DNA from: a virus
Length of the DNA: 64,000 nucleotides
Strand: one strand, 5' to 3'
IMG/VR virus record: IMGVR_UViG_3300037294_000405
Coordinates: 1-64,000 of that record
Within the stretch, counting starts at the first letter, position 1, and each line of letters starts with the position of its first letter. Positions 1-9,544 of the stretch are shown in pieces. The translations under genes were made by a program, and so were the position numbers. Below the pieces are notes generated by a model that did not search any database, was not told the DNA's origin, and worked only from the letters and a program-made list of their open reading frames with translations.

Positions 1-840
1 ATTACCATCACAAATATTGACGATTACATAACAAATTTTCTATTAACAGATAAAGCTTGTTTAGGTAACGCATTTAAAAAAGTTGATGACCGTCATTATC
101 AATTTCACTCAACTGAATTAATTGAATGGTTTAAAATGTTTGGGTTGGATAAACATAACGCTAGGGATAAAGAAATACCTTTAGCGCTATTAAAGATGCC
201 TAAAGATGTTATTAAAGCGTTTTTACAAGGTATGTTCGATGGTGATGGTATGAGTACAATAAAAGATATTAAATATTCAAGCACATCCAAAAAATTAATT
301 CAAACTTTACAAACTTTATTATTTAATTTTGGTATTATATCACATATTAAATATGAAGAACAAAAAACATCTAAATCATCAATACTAAAAAATGAAAAAC
401 ATATTTGTAAAATTTACAACTTAAAAATTTATTCAAATTATGCAATTAAATTTTATAACGAAATTGGTTTCAGATTAGATAGAAAACAAAATAATAAAGA
501 ATTTTTATTAAATAAGAAACAAAACTCAAGATTTGTTAATGTAAGTAATGAAGAAATTTTAGAAGTTTTAAAAGTAAATAATATAGTTAAAAGTAAAGTT
601 AGGTTTTTAGAAAGATTTTGGAAATCAGATTTAAATAGATTAAGTGTCGAATCATTAAACCGTTTATTAACCTTATTACCAAATAACACTTTTTTATTAT
701 CATTAACTGAACAATTAAAAAGACAAGAATTATTTTATATTGATGAAATTATTTTTATAACTGAGTCAGAAGATTATACTTATGATTTACACGTACCAGA
801 AACAAATTCATTTATTTCAAACGGTATTATAAGTCATAAT
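1..840 (+). mobile_element. Intein 1 in terminase (C-terminal part, LAGLIDADG endonuclease)
   Basis: FLQGMFDGDG block; TYDLHVPETNSFISNGIISHN followed by Thr +1. Confidence 0.93.
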
Positions 841-3405
841 ACTGGTGGTAGGGCGACACTTATATCCTGTGTTACTGAAGATACTTTTATCTTTACTGAC
901 ACTGGTTTACAACAAATGAAAGACATTATTAATTATAATGAACCAGATATACCTAATTTAGGTTATTATGTTAAAGAATATAATATTAGAGGAAATAATA
1001 TATCTAGGAAATCAAATTTAATTGTTAATAATGGTTTTCAAGAAACTATAAAATTAACAACTACTAATTCAGAACTTGAGTCAACTGAAACACATAAATT
1101 ATGGTCTTATTCAAATAAAAAAAACAAATATGATTGGTTTACGGTTAGTGAATTAGAAATTGGTGATTATGTTAATGTACAACATTCGTTTAATATTTTT
1201 GGTAATAACGATACTATTGATTTTACCTATGAGTTTTCAAATAGAGAACATAAACCAAAAATAATTTATGATAAAATAAATACTGATTTAGCTTATCTAA
1301 TTGGTTTATATTTATCAGAAGGGTCTTGTTATAAACCAAAAAATACTGATGGGATTATTATTGGTTGTGATATTACGATAACATGTGGTGATGATGTTGG
1401 TACATACATATCTAATGCTGGGTTTAATTATTCATCACACGATAATTTACACTATAAAATTTCATCTAAATATTTAGGTGGTTTATTAGAGTATTTGGGT
1501 TTTGATTTAACCTTAAAAGCCCCAAATAAATTAATACCTAAACGTTTACTTGAAATGGGGTGTGAAAATATTATTGCTATGTTACAAGGTATTATGGATG
1601 GTGATGGTTATTCTGATAATATTAGAGGTAGGATAGGTATAAATTTGTCCTCTAAAAAATTAATTCAACAAATAAGGTTTTTATTTTTAAATCTTGGTAT
1701 ATTAACTGATTATTCAGAAGGAATAACACCACCAACTAAAAAAGTTAAAGTTAGTAGCCAATATTATAGACTTTCATCAACATCTATTGATGCGGATAAA
1801 TATTACGATACCATTGGTTTTAGATTCAATAGGAAACAAATAAAAAGAGACCAAAATAAATTAGTATCATATAATAATAGGTATAGAATAATACCAAACG
1901 GCAAAAATATAATTAGAAATATTATAAACGAACATAAATTAGTTAAAAAATTATCTAACACTGGTTTACTAGTTAATAAAATTAGAATTTCTAATAAAAA
2001 CAAAACAGCTAATTTATCGGTAAATATTTTTAATGAATTTATAGATTATTTTATTAATGTTTTAAATCTTGACTTATCCAGATATTCAATTGATAAAATT
2101 AATTTCAAAGATTCAAAATGGGTTCCAATAACTAAATTAGAAAAACTTAAAAATAAAACATATGATGTTTCATTACCTGAAACTAATGATTTTTGGTGTC
2201 ATTCCGTTATTTATAATGGTATATTAGGTCATCAAACACCTAATGGTATGGATTCATTATACTATAAAACATACGACCAAGCAAAAACCAAAAAGAATAA
2301 CTTCAATATCATTGAAATGAAATGGTACGAGGATTTGCGTTATAATAAAGACTTGAGATGGTTAAAAGATGATTTGATGGAAGTTGAGTATGGATTCACT
2401 TTTGATTCATACCAAAAACGTTTAGATGATTCGTGGAAGCCTACTTCATCGTGGTACGAACAAATGTGTATGGGTATGAACAATGATGTTAAAATGATAG
2501 CCCAAGAGCTTGATGTGTCATTTATTGGTTCTGGTGGTAACGTTATTAGTGAAGAATATATCGAATTCCAAGAAAAAAATAACGTTAAAGAACCAGCAAT
2601 CACTTTTGGTGGTGAAAACGAAATATGGGTTTGGGAAGAACCACAAGAAGGTCATCAATATGTGATGGGTGTCGATGTATCAAGAGGTGATGGAGAAGAC
2701 AGTTCAACAATAGTTATTCTTGATTTTACAACAATGGAACAAGTCATGGAGTATCAAGGTAAAATACAACCAGATTTATTGGCTCAAATTGTGGAAGAAT
2801 ACGGTGAAAGGTATAAAGCATACACCGTTGTCGATGTGACTGGTGGTATGGGTGTATCAACAGTGTTAAAACTCATGGAATTTGATTACAAATTATTACA
2901 CTACGACAACGCAAACGGTAAAATACTTTCAGCTAGACAGAGAGAGTTATCTCAATACGATAAACAAAATAAAATACCAGGTTTTCACGCAACTAGTGTT
3001 CGTTTACCTATGATTTCTAATTTAGAATATAAAATTAGAACTAACGGTGTTAAAATTCGTTCATCTAGAATGGTTTCTGAAATGCAAACATTTATCTATA
3101 AAAATGGTAGACCAGACCATATGGAAGGTTATCACGATGATTTACTTATGTCTATGGGTATGGCTTTGTGGGTTATTGAACACTCGTTTAAAAACTTGGA
3201 GAGACTTGAAAAACAAAACAAAGCTATTTTAAATAGTTGGATAAGTGGTGCTAATAATGCATCCAACCCAACAAAACCAACCATAACAACAGTAGATAAA
3301 GAAACAGGTAAGACTGTCACTAAAATAAACCAACAACACACAGCTTATAGAAACGTACAAGACCCTAGAGGGCAATACTCTTGGTTGTTTGGTGGTATGA
3401 GATAA
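1..3405 (+). CDS. terL: Terminase large subunit (T4 gp17-like), 5'-truncated by the window, containing at least two inteins
   Basis: Frame open from base 1. Spliced extein reads TGGRATLIS|TPNG (coupling motif). C-terminal RNase H-like nuclease motifs GVDVSRGDGEDSS and GYHDDLLM. Directly upstream of portal. Confidence 0.95.
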   Translation: MTITNIDDYITNFLLTDKACLGNAFKKVDDRHYQFHSTELIEWFKMFGLDKHNARDKEIPLALLKMPKDVIKAFLQGMFDGDGMSTIKDIKYSSTSKKLIQTLQTLLFNFGIISHIKYEEQKTSKSSILKNEKHICKIYNLKIYSNYAIKFYNEIGFRLDRKQNNKEFLLNKKQNSRFVNVSNEEILEVLKVNNIVKSKVRFLERFWKSDLNRLSVESLNRLLTLLPNNTFLLSLTEQLKRQELFYIDEIIFITESEDYTYDLHVPETNSFISNGIISHNTGGRATLISCVTEDTFIFTDTGLQQMKDIINYNEPDIPNLGYYVKEYNIRGNNISRKSNLIVNNGFQETIKLTTTNSELESTETHKLWSYSNKKNKYDWFTVSELEIGDYVNVQHSFNIFGNNDTIDFTYEFSNREHKPKIIYDKINTDLAYLIGLYLSEGSCYKPKNTDGIIIGCDITITCGDDVGTYISNAGFNYSSHDNLHYKISSKYLGGLLEYLGFDLTLKAPNKLIPKRLLEMGCENIIAMLQGIMDGDGYSDNIRGRIGINLSSKKLIQQIRFLFLNLGILTDYSEGITPPTKKVKVSSQYYRLSSTSIDADKYYDTIGFRFNRKQIKRDQNKLVSYNNRYRIIPNGKNIIRNIINEHKLVKKLSNTGLLVNKIRISNKNKTANLSVNIFNEFIDYFINVLNLDLSRYSIDKINFKDSKWVPITKLEKLKNKTYDVSLPETNDFWCHSVIYNGILGHQTPNGMDSLYYKTYDQAKTKKNNFNIIEMKWYEDLRYNKDLRWLKDDLMEVEYGFTFDSYQKRLDDSWKPTSSWYEQMCMGMNNDVKMIAQELDVSFIGSGGNVISEEYIEFQEKNNVKEPAITFGGENEIWVWEEPQEGHQYVMGVDVSRGDGEDSSTIVILDFTTMEQVMEYQGKIQPDLLAQIVEEYGERYKAYTVVDVTGGMGVSTVLKLMEFDYKLLHYDNANGKILSARQRELSQYDKQNKIPGFHATSVRLPMISNLEYKIRTNGVKIRSSRMVSEMQTFIYKNGRPDHMEGYHDDLLMSMGMALWVIEHSFKNLERLEKQNKAILNSWISGANNASNPTKPTITTVDKETGKTVTKINQQHTAYRNVQDPRGQYSWLFGGMR
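868..2235 (+). mobile_element. Intein 2 in terminase (456 aa, LAGLIDADG, Gln-terminal)
   Basis: Starts CVTEDT; block B TETHKLW; LIGLYLSEG and LQGIMDGDG; ends TYDVSLPE...NGILGHQ then Thr +1. Confidence 0.93.
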
Positions 3406-3462
3406 AACATTAATGAACTATTTAATTTTTAAAAAAATTCATTATAATTTAATAAAAAACTT

Positions 3463-5499
3463 ATGGCAAATAAAAATTTAACGTTATTTCAAAGATTAGG
3501 TCAAGTACTTAGTCCAGATTCTAACACGCTAACACAAAAACAACCGACTCAACGATATAACTTGGGTAACGGAGAGTTACTTAAAACGAATAACAAAGCT
3601 GAATTTGAAAAAGCTAAATTACAAGCCCAGCAAAACAAATACCTAGGCGGTCTTTGGAAAAAAGTAGAAAGTGGTTTATTTCAACAATCAATAAATTATG
3701 AAACAACACGTATTGGTTCATATTCTGATTTTGAAGCTATGGAGTTTTACCCAACAATTGCAGCTGCCTTAGATGTGATGATGGAAGAATCAACTACAGT
3801 TAATGACCATGGTAGAGTTCTTAACATTTACTCTGATAGTAAACGTGTTAAAGGAATACTTGAAGATTTATTTTTTAATCGTTTAGATTTACACACTTCG
3901 CTTCCAATGTGGACCAGAAACACATGTAAATACGGTGATAATTTTGTATTCTTGAACATAAACGATTCACATGGTATATTAGGTGCTAAACAAATGCCTA
4001 ATTATGAGATGGAACGTAGAGAGGCTGGGTTATTTGACATGATATCTAGTAGAGAAATAGCTGATGGTGAAGAAACTAACGATAAAGTTAAGTTTTATTG
4101 GAGAAGTAATGATGTTGAATTTAATTCTTGGCAAATTGCCCATTTCCGTTTATTAGGTGATGATAGACGTTTACCTTATGGTACTTCTGTGTTAGAGAAG
4201 GCTAGACGTATATGGAAACAACTTATCCTTTCAGAAGACTCAATGCTCGTTTATCGTGTGACAAGAGCGCCAGAAAGACGTGTATATAAGATTTATGTTG
4301 GTAATATTGACGATGCTGATGTTGAGGCGTATGTAAATACAATTGCTGATAGATTTAAACGTATGCCTATTACTGACCCACAAACAGGACAAATAGATTT
4401 ACGTTATAATCAATTAGCTAACGACCAAGATTTCTTTATTCCAGTAAGAACTGAAGACGCACCTAACCCTATTGATACTTTGCCTGGGGCACAAAACTTG
4501 GACCAAATTGCAGATATTGAGTACTTGCAAAGAAACTTATTTACAGCGTTACGTGTCCCAAAACCTTTTTTAGGGTTTGAGGAAGCAACTGGTGAGGGTA
4601 ACAATTTAGCGATACAAGATATTCGTTTTTCTAGAACAATTAACCGTATACAACAATCAATGTTACAAGAACTTAACAAGATTGCCATTATTCACTTATA
4701 TATTCTAGGGTTTGAAGAAGATTTAGATAACTTCACCCTTACATTGAATAACCCTTCTACTCAAGCCGAAATGCTTAAAATCGAACACATGCAACAAAAA
4801 GTTACGTTACTTAAAGATGCTGTATCTGATATTGGTAATGGTTTTGGTACTATGTCATGGACTCGTGCACATAGAGATATTATGGGTTGGTCTGATGATG
4901 AAATAAAATCAGATTTACTTGAACAACGTATGGAAAAAGCAGCGTCTGCTGAACTACAAAATACGGCCAATGTTATCAAACACACAGGAATGTTTGACAC
5001 AGTTGATAGAATCTATGGTGATTTTAAAGCGGCAATGGCTGGTGGTGGCGGTGCTGGTGAAAGTGATGCTGATACCGAAGGTGGTGGCGGTGGTGGCCTA
5101 GGCGGTTCATTCGGTGGTGGGGGAGCTGGTGGTGAAGATTTAGATTTTGGTGATGCTGAAGAAACTGGAGCTGAAGAAGAAGCTGGGGCTGAATTAGAAG
5201 GTGGTGAAGAAGCTTTAGCTGGGGCTGAAGAAACTGCGGCTACCGAACCAGAAACCGTTGCTGAATCTTTAAAAAGAGTTGATAAATTATTAAAAGAAGA
5301 AAAAATTATTTTATCTAAAAAACTTAATGAAAGAACTCAAAAATATCAAAACAAATGGGTCGATGCTTTAGTTGAGTCAGTTAAACCTAGCGAAAAAAAT
5401 AAATCAACTGAAAAAGTTAAAATATACGACAAAACAGTAAAGGTTAATCAAACAGTTAATAGCATGATTAATGATATCAATAAAATGTTGGACGAATAA
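3463..5499 (+). CDS. Portal vertex protein (T4 gp20-like)
   Basis: EDSMLVYRVTRAPERRVYKIYVGN, IDTLPGAQNL, LFTALRVPK motifs; Gly/acidic C-tail; position after terminase. Confidence 0.95.
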   Translation: MANKNLTLFQRLGQVLSPDSNTLTQKQPTQRYNLGNGELLKTNNKAEFEKAKLQAQQNKYLGGLWKKVESGLFQQSINYETTRIGSYSDFEAMEFYPTIAAALDVMMEESTTVNDHGRVLNIYSDSKRVKGILEDLFFNRLDLHTSLPMWTRNTCKYGDNFVFLNINDSHGILGAKQMPNYEMERREAGLFDMISSREIADGEETNDKVKFYWRSNDVEFNSWQIAHFRLLGDDRRLPYGTSVLEKARRIWKQLILSEDSMLVYRVTRAPERRVYKIYVGNIDDADVEAYVNTIADRFKRMPITDPQTGQIDLRYNQLANDQDFFIPVRTEDAPNPIDTLPGAQNLDQIADIEYLQRNLFTALRVPKPFLGFEEATGEGNNLAIQDIRFSRTINRIQQSMLQELNKIAIIHLYILGFEEDLDNFTLTLNNPSTQAEMLKIEHMQQKVTLLKDAVSDIGNGFGTMSWTRAHRDIMGWSDDEIKSDLLEQRMEKAASAELQNTANVIKHTGMFDTVDRIYGDFKAAMAGGGGAGESDADTEGGGGGGLGGSFGGGGAGGEDLDFGDAEETGAEEEAGAELEGGEEALAGAEETAATEPETVAESLKRVDKLLKEEKIILSKKLNERTQKYQNKWVDALVESVKPSEKNKSTEKVKIYDKTVKVNQTVNSMINDINKMLDE

Positions 5500-5545
5500 G
5501 ACTTTTTACTTAAAACTATAATATTTATTATTAAAAACTAAACAT

Positions 5546-6310
5546 ATGCAAAATTTTGGTAAAATCACAAATGCATTCAATGGAATTTTAGTGGAAGGAT
5601 TGTTATCTAACGATACAAAAAATAAACAAACATTCAAAAAATACATTAAAACAATCAAAGAAAATGAGTCTTTAAAGACTCAGTTCATGATTTACAACAA
5701 CATAGAAAATAAAGTAGAAACAAATGAATTTAAAGCTAATTTGTTTTTACAAGAAAACATAGCTCTTTTAAATAAGTTTCCAAAAAACGAATTATTAGAA
5801 GCAAATTTTTTATTGGCTAAACCGATATTAGATGTGGAAGAAGTTAGTTATCCTAACCAGATACTACACGAAAATATCACAACACTTATATTCACCGAAA
5901 AAAATTCTAAAAACATTAATGAGATTGTTGAAGCGACTTCTAACATTATTGATTTTATGAAAAACAATAAAGAAAAAGAACTTAAGGAAAGTATTGATTT
6001 ACCTAATAGTATGCTAACTACAATAATGGTTGATAAATACAACGAAAAATATGTTGACTTGGATGAGACAGAAAAACAATTTATTAAAGTTTTATTTGAA
6101 TCGGATGACGAAAAAAAGAAAGAACTTTATTCAACAACTCTTAGAGAATGTATCGATTTAATCGATGAAAAATTAGTTGAATCAAATTTAGAAGCTAAAG
6201 ATAAATTATTACGTGTAAAAGATAAATTATTAAACGATAAACAAGAAGTAAATGAAGATTTTATTAAAAATATTTCTAAGTTACTTGAGCTAAGAGTTAG
6301 TTTAAAATAA
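5546..6310 (+). CDS. Hypothetical protein (head module)
   Basis: 254-aa ORF behind an ATATTTAT motif. Confidence 0.8.
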   Translation: MQNFGKITNAFNGILVEGLLSNDTKNKQTFKKYIKTIKENESLKTQFMIYNNIENKVETNEFKANLFLQENIALLNKFPKNELLEANFLLAKPILDVEEVSYPNQILHENITTLIFTEKNSKNINEIVEATSNIIDFMKNNKEKELKESIDLPNSMLTTIMVDKYNEKYVDLDETEKQFIKVLFESDDEKKKELYSTTLRECIDLIDEKLVESNLEAKDKLLRVKDKLLNDKQEVNEDFIKNISKLLELRVSLK

Positions 6311-6337
6311 AATAATATAGTTTTAAAATATAAATAA

Positions 6338-6568
6338 ATGACAACCGTTCCAAGTGAAAATATATTAAAATTAAGAATTTTATCTGATGAAATTTGTAGC
6401 AGACAAAACAATGATGGATATAAAGAAATAGTTTTAAATTTAAAAAACATTTTAGATAGTGGTAAAAAAGAAATTATCAGTTTAAAAACAATTAAAACTA
6501 AGATGAAATGTTATGAAAATATGTGTGTAAACATCACTAACATTTTAGACAATATTAAAATAAATTAA
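6338..6568 (+). CDS. Hypothetical protein
   Basis: 76-aa ORF in operon context. Confidence 0.6.
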   Translation: MTTVPSENILKLRILSDEICSRQNNDGYKEIVLNLKNILDSGKKEIISLKTIKTKMKCYENMCVNITNILDNIKIN

Positions 6569-6572
6569 AAAA

Positions 6573-6911
6573 ATGGCAGAAGAAAAAAATAATTGGGGTG
6601 ATTATAGTAAACTAGTTCTAAAAGAATTAGAACGTTTAAATGACAACCATGAAAGAATGCGTTCGGATTTTGATACAAAACTTAACGAGATGAATCTAAA
6701 GCTCAATGACGTTAAAAACATTGAAAAAAATCTTGAGACTAACTCAATATGGATTGACAAAGTAAATGACGTTTGGTCGCCTTCACAGATGAAAGAAGCT
6801 AAAGATGAAATCTATAAACAAAAAGGGTTACTCACATCAGCTATCGCAATCATTTCTTTTGTTCAAATAGCTGTTGGTATTGCTATAGTTATTTGGGGTA
6901 AATTACATTAA
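6573..6911 (+). CDS. Coiled-coil protein with C-terminal transmembrane helix (possible holin-like)
   Basis: Heptad-like N-terminus; hydrophobic LLTSAIAIISFVQIAVGIAIVIW C-terminus. Confidence 0.6.
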   Translation: MAEEKNNWGDYSKLVLKELERLNDNHERMRSDFDTKLNEMNLKLNDVKNIEKNLETNSIWIDKVNDVWSPSQMKEAKDEIYKQKGLLTSAIAIISFVQIAVGIAIVIWGKLH

Positions 6912-6919
6912 TTTTAAAA

Positions 6920-6951
6920 TTTGACTTCCTGGTAAAAAATGTTTATATTTG
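6920..6951 (+). promoter_or_regulatory. Bacteroidota-type housekeeping promoter (-33 TTTG / -7 TATATTTG)
   Basis: TTTG 6920-6923, 20-nt spacer, TAnnTTTG 6944-6951, upstream of ATG 6970. Confidence 0.7.
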
Positions 6952-6969
6952 TAAATAAAAAAACAACAT

Positions 6970-7413
6970 ATGAAAACAGGAAAAGAAATTAAAATGAACA
7001 ACTTTAAAAACTATAATGTAGTTTTTGGTAGCGTGAACAATAAAAACCCAAAAGCGATTTATATTAATATTTCAGCATGGGCCGAACCACTTAGTGATGA
7101 GGAAACAAACTACACTAGAGTAATAAGAGATATACATAAAAAAACAAAACAAGTTATTTATGATTATTTTCAGAACCACCCAAACAATAATTTTGTAAAA
7201 CAAAATACAATTGTTGATTTAGATATTAGGGAGTCTGGTGTTAGGTATGGTAAACGTAGTTTTATGAGTTGTGAAATAACTCTATATTTACAAGAAAAGG
7301 TTCCAGCTAATTCAGAACAAATGAAAAAAAACCTAGATGAAATCACACCGATTATAATTAAACATGTTTTCGACAACAACAAAACATTTAATTTTTATAG
7401 AAAAAAAATATAA
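6970..7413 (+). CDS. Hypothetical protein
   Basis: 147-aa ORF with its own promoter and terminator. Confidence 0.8.
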   Translation: MKTGKEIKMNNFKNYNVVFGSVNNKNPKAIYINISAWAEPLSDEETNYTRVIRDIHKKTKQVIYDYFQNHPNNNFVKQNTIVDLDIRESGVRYGKRSFMSCEITLYLQEKVPANSEQMKKNLDEITPIIIKHVFDNNKTFNFYRKKI

Positions 7414-7417
7414 ACTT

Positions 7418-7449
7418 AAACCCTTAGTAGCTCTACTAAGGGTTTTTTT
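7418..7449 (+). terminator. Intrinsic terminator
   Basis: AAACCCTTAGTAG-CT-CTACTAAGGGTTT hairpin plus T run. Confidence 0.85.
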
Positions 7450-7486
7450 ATTTTACTAACATATTTATATACATAACATATAAACT

Positions 7487-8212
7487 ATGGATGTAAATTA
7501 TAAAGACTTTAGAATACTTAAACGTGGTGAAAGCGGTTGGGGTGGGTTAATTGAGCACGATGCTGGATATATCTCCCCAGAAGAACCAAGAAACCAACTT
7601 TTTATCAATGAGATAAAAAAATTAGATACAGGTAGCAAACTAGCTATAATGGAACCACTTATCGTTTATGTGGTTTTACAAAAATTTGGTATTCTTAATC
7701 GTAACGGTAGAATCTATCCAGAAGCAATACTTAAAACCCAAGACAGACTATATCAAGAAGCAATTAGGGAAAGAAGAGCGGTTGGTGAATTAGACCACCC
7801 AGAATCATCTATTATTGCTGGTGATAGAATCTCACATAATATTATTGAAACATGGTGGGAAGGTCATACGCTTATGGGTAAAATGGAAATTTTGATGACA
7901 CCTGGTTTTATTAATTACGGTATCGTATCAACAAAAGGCGATGAAGTCGCTAACTTATTAAGAAATAGAATCAAGATTGGTGTTTCTTCTAGAGGTGTTG
8001 GTTCGTTAGTTGAAGGAAAGAATGGTGAACAAATAGTTCAAGAAGATTTCGAAATTATTTGTTGGGACGTGGTTACAGCCCCTTCTACGCCAGACGCATG
8101 GATTGGTAGAAGTAGAGAAGAAATGAAGCCTTATGTTGAAAACAAAGAAATAAAAAAACCATTAATAAAGGAAAACTTATTAAACGATTTAGATAAATTT
8201 TTATCTGAATAA
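7487..8212 (+). CDS. Prohead core protease (T4 gp21-like)
   Basis: NRNGRIYP, GELDHP, GVSSRGVGS, WDVVTAPSTPDA motifs. Confidence 0.95.
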   Translation: MDVNYKDFRILKRGESGWGGLIEHDAGYISPEEPRNQLFINEIKKLDTGSKLAIMEPLIVYVVLQKFGILNRNGRIYPEAILKTQDRLYQEAIRERRAVGELDHPESSIIAGDRISHNIIETWWEGHTLMGKMEILMTPGFINYGIVSTKGDEVANLLRNRIKIGVSSRGVGSLVEGKNGEQIVQEDFEIICWDVVTAPSTPDAWIGRSREEMKPYVENKEIKKPLIKENLLNDLDKFLSE

Positions 8213-8334
8213 GGGTTTTTTTTTAATCATTTTTATTGAAAAAATGATTTTTAATAAAATAACGTATATTTATTAACAAATGAGTTCTATCTCATTGTTT
8301 ATCTATAAAATAAAACTAAAAAAGATAAAAAAAA

Positions 8335-9507
8335 ATGGCAGATAAAAAATCTATAATTGAAGAAGCACTATTGGATATCAAAAATATTCAAAACGCTCTT
8401 AATGCCAACACTAAAGAAATACTTCGTAGCGTTGCTAAAGAAGAAATTAATGGTGTGGTGAAAGAATCTCTAGATGAGGTTTATGAAGAAGAAGAATTGG
8501 AATTGGAACCAGCTGAAATGGGTGGTGAAGAAGAAGAATCGACAGAAGATAGCTTAGGCGACATTGAAGACTCAGAAGAGGAACCAGAAATGGGTTCTGA
8601 ATTAGGAATGGACACAGACGTGTTAGGTGGAGAAGAAATGGACATGACCGCAGCATCGGATGATGAAGTAATCGCAATTTACAAAAAATTAAGTGGCGAA
8701 GACGAAATCGAAATTGTGGGTGATGAAATCCACATGAATATCGTTGAACCAGGTGAATACGTAGTTAAACTTGATGGGGGAAAAGCAGAGGAAGAAGAAT
8801 TAGAATTAGAACCAGCTGAAATGGGTGGTGAAGATTTAGAAGGAACTGACGATGTTGAGTACGAAATTGAAATGGATGATGAGGAAGAATCAGAAATGCC
8901 AGATGACTTAGTGCCAGCTGAAGAAGAAGAAGAAGAAGAAGAAATTGAGGCAATCGAAGAAAAAATTAGCATTGGTACTGGAATGAGTCAAGGTACTCAC
9001 CGTAACAAAACAGGTGCTGGTTCTATTGGAGCCCCAGAAAACCCTAAATCTGTAAACGAATCTACAAAAGCGAAACAATTAGTTTTTGAAACAACAAAAA
9101 AATATAATAGTTTATTAACTGAAGCTACAAAACTTAAAGGGGAGAACGAAGAATTCAGAGCTGCTCTTAAAGAATTTAGAACTAAGTTAGTAGAAACTGT
9201 GGTATTTAATTCTAACCTTACATATGTAACTAAATTGTTCATGGAACATTCAACTACAAAAGGTGAAAAACAAAATATCATAAAAAGATTTGATGAAGAG
9301 GTTTCTAACCTTAAAGAATCAAAAAAACTTTACAGAACAATCGCTAACGAATTGGATACAAGAAAACCAATCAATGAATCGATTGAGAGTAAAATTATTA
9401 AAGAGGCAACTACTAGTACTTCAAAACAATTAAATGAAAGTACTGCTTATGTTGACCCTTCAACGAAAAGAATCATGGATTTGATTAACAGAGTTGAAAA
9501 AAGATAA
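8335..9507 (+). CDS. Prohead scaffold/core protein (gp22-like)
   Basis: Very acidic, coiled-coil C-terminus, between protease and MCP; internal repeat EEEELELEPAEMGGE x2. Confidence 0.8.
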   Translation: MADKKSIIEEALLDIKNIQNALNANTKEILRSVAKEEINGVVKESLDEVYEEEELELEPAEMGGEEEESTEDSLGDIEDSEEEPEMGSELGMDTDVLGGEEMDMTAASDDEVIAIYKKLSGEDEIEIVGDEIHMNIVEPGEYVVKLDGGKAEEEELELEPAEMGGEDLEGTDDVEYEIEMDDEEESEMPDDLVPAEEEEEEEEIEAIEEKISIGTGMSQGTHRNKTGAGSIGAPENPKSVNESTKAKQLVFETTKKYNSLLTEATKLKGENEEFRAALKEFRTKLVETVVFNSNLTYVTKLFMEHSTTKGEKQNIIKRFDEEVSNLKESKKLYRTIANELDTRKPINESIESKIIKEATTSTSKQLNESTAYVDPSTKRIMDLINRVEKR

Positions 9508-9544
9508 TAACCCTAACAATAAAAAATAAAACAAAAAACAAATT

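Noticed and set aside
8920-8943. (GAA)n tract as a contingency locus
   Set aside because: In-frame poly-Glu in an acidic scaffold; length changes would not shift the frame
8447-9281. Antisense and alternate-frame ORFs in the track (for example 8447-8677, 8679-8972, 16958-17440, 18223-18633, 53126-53455)
   Set aside because: Shadows of strongly biased real genes, with no motifs or promoter context
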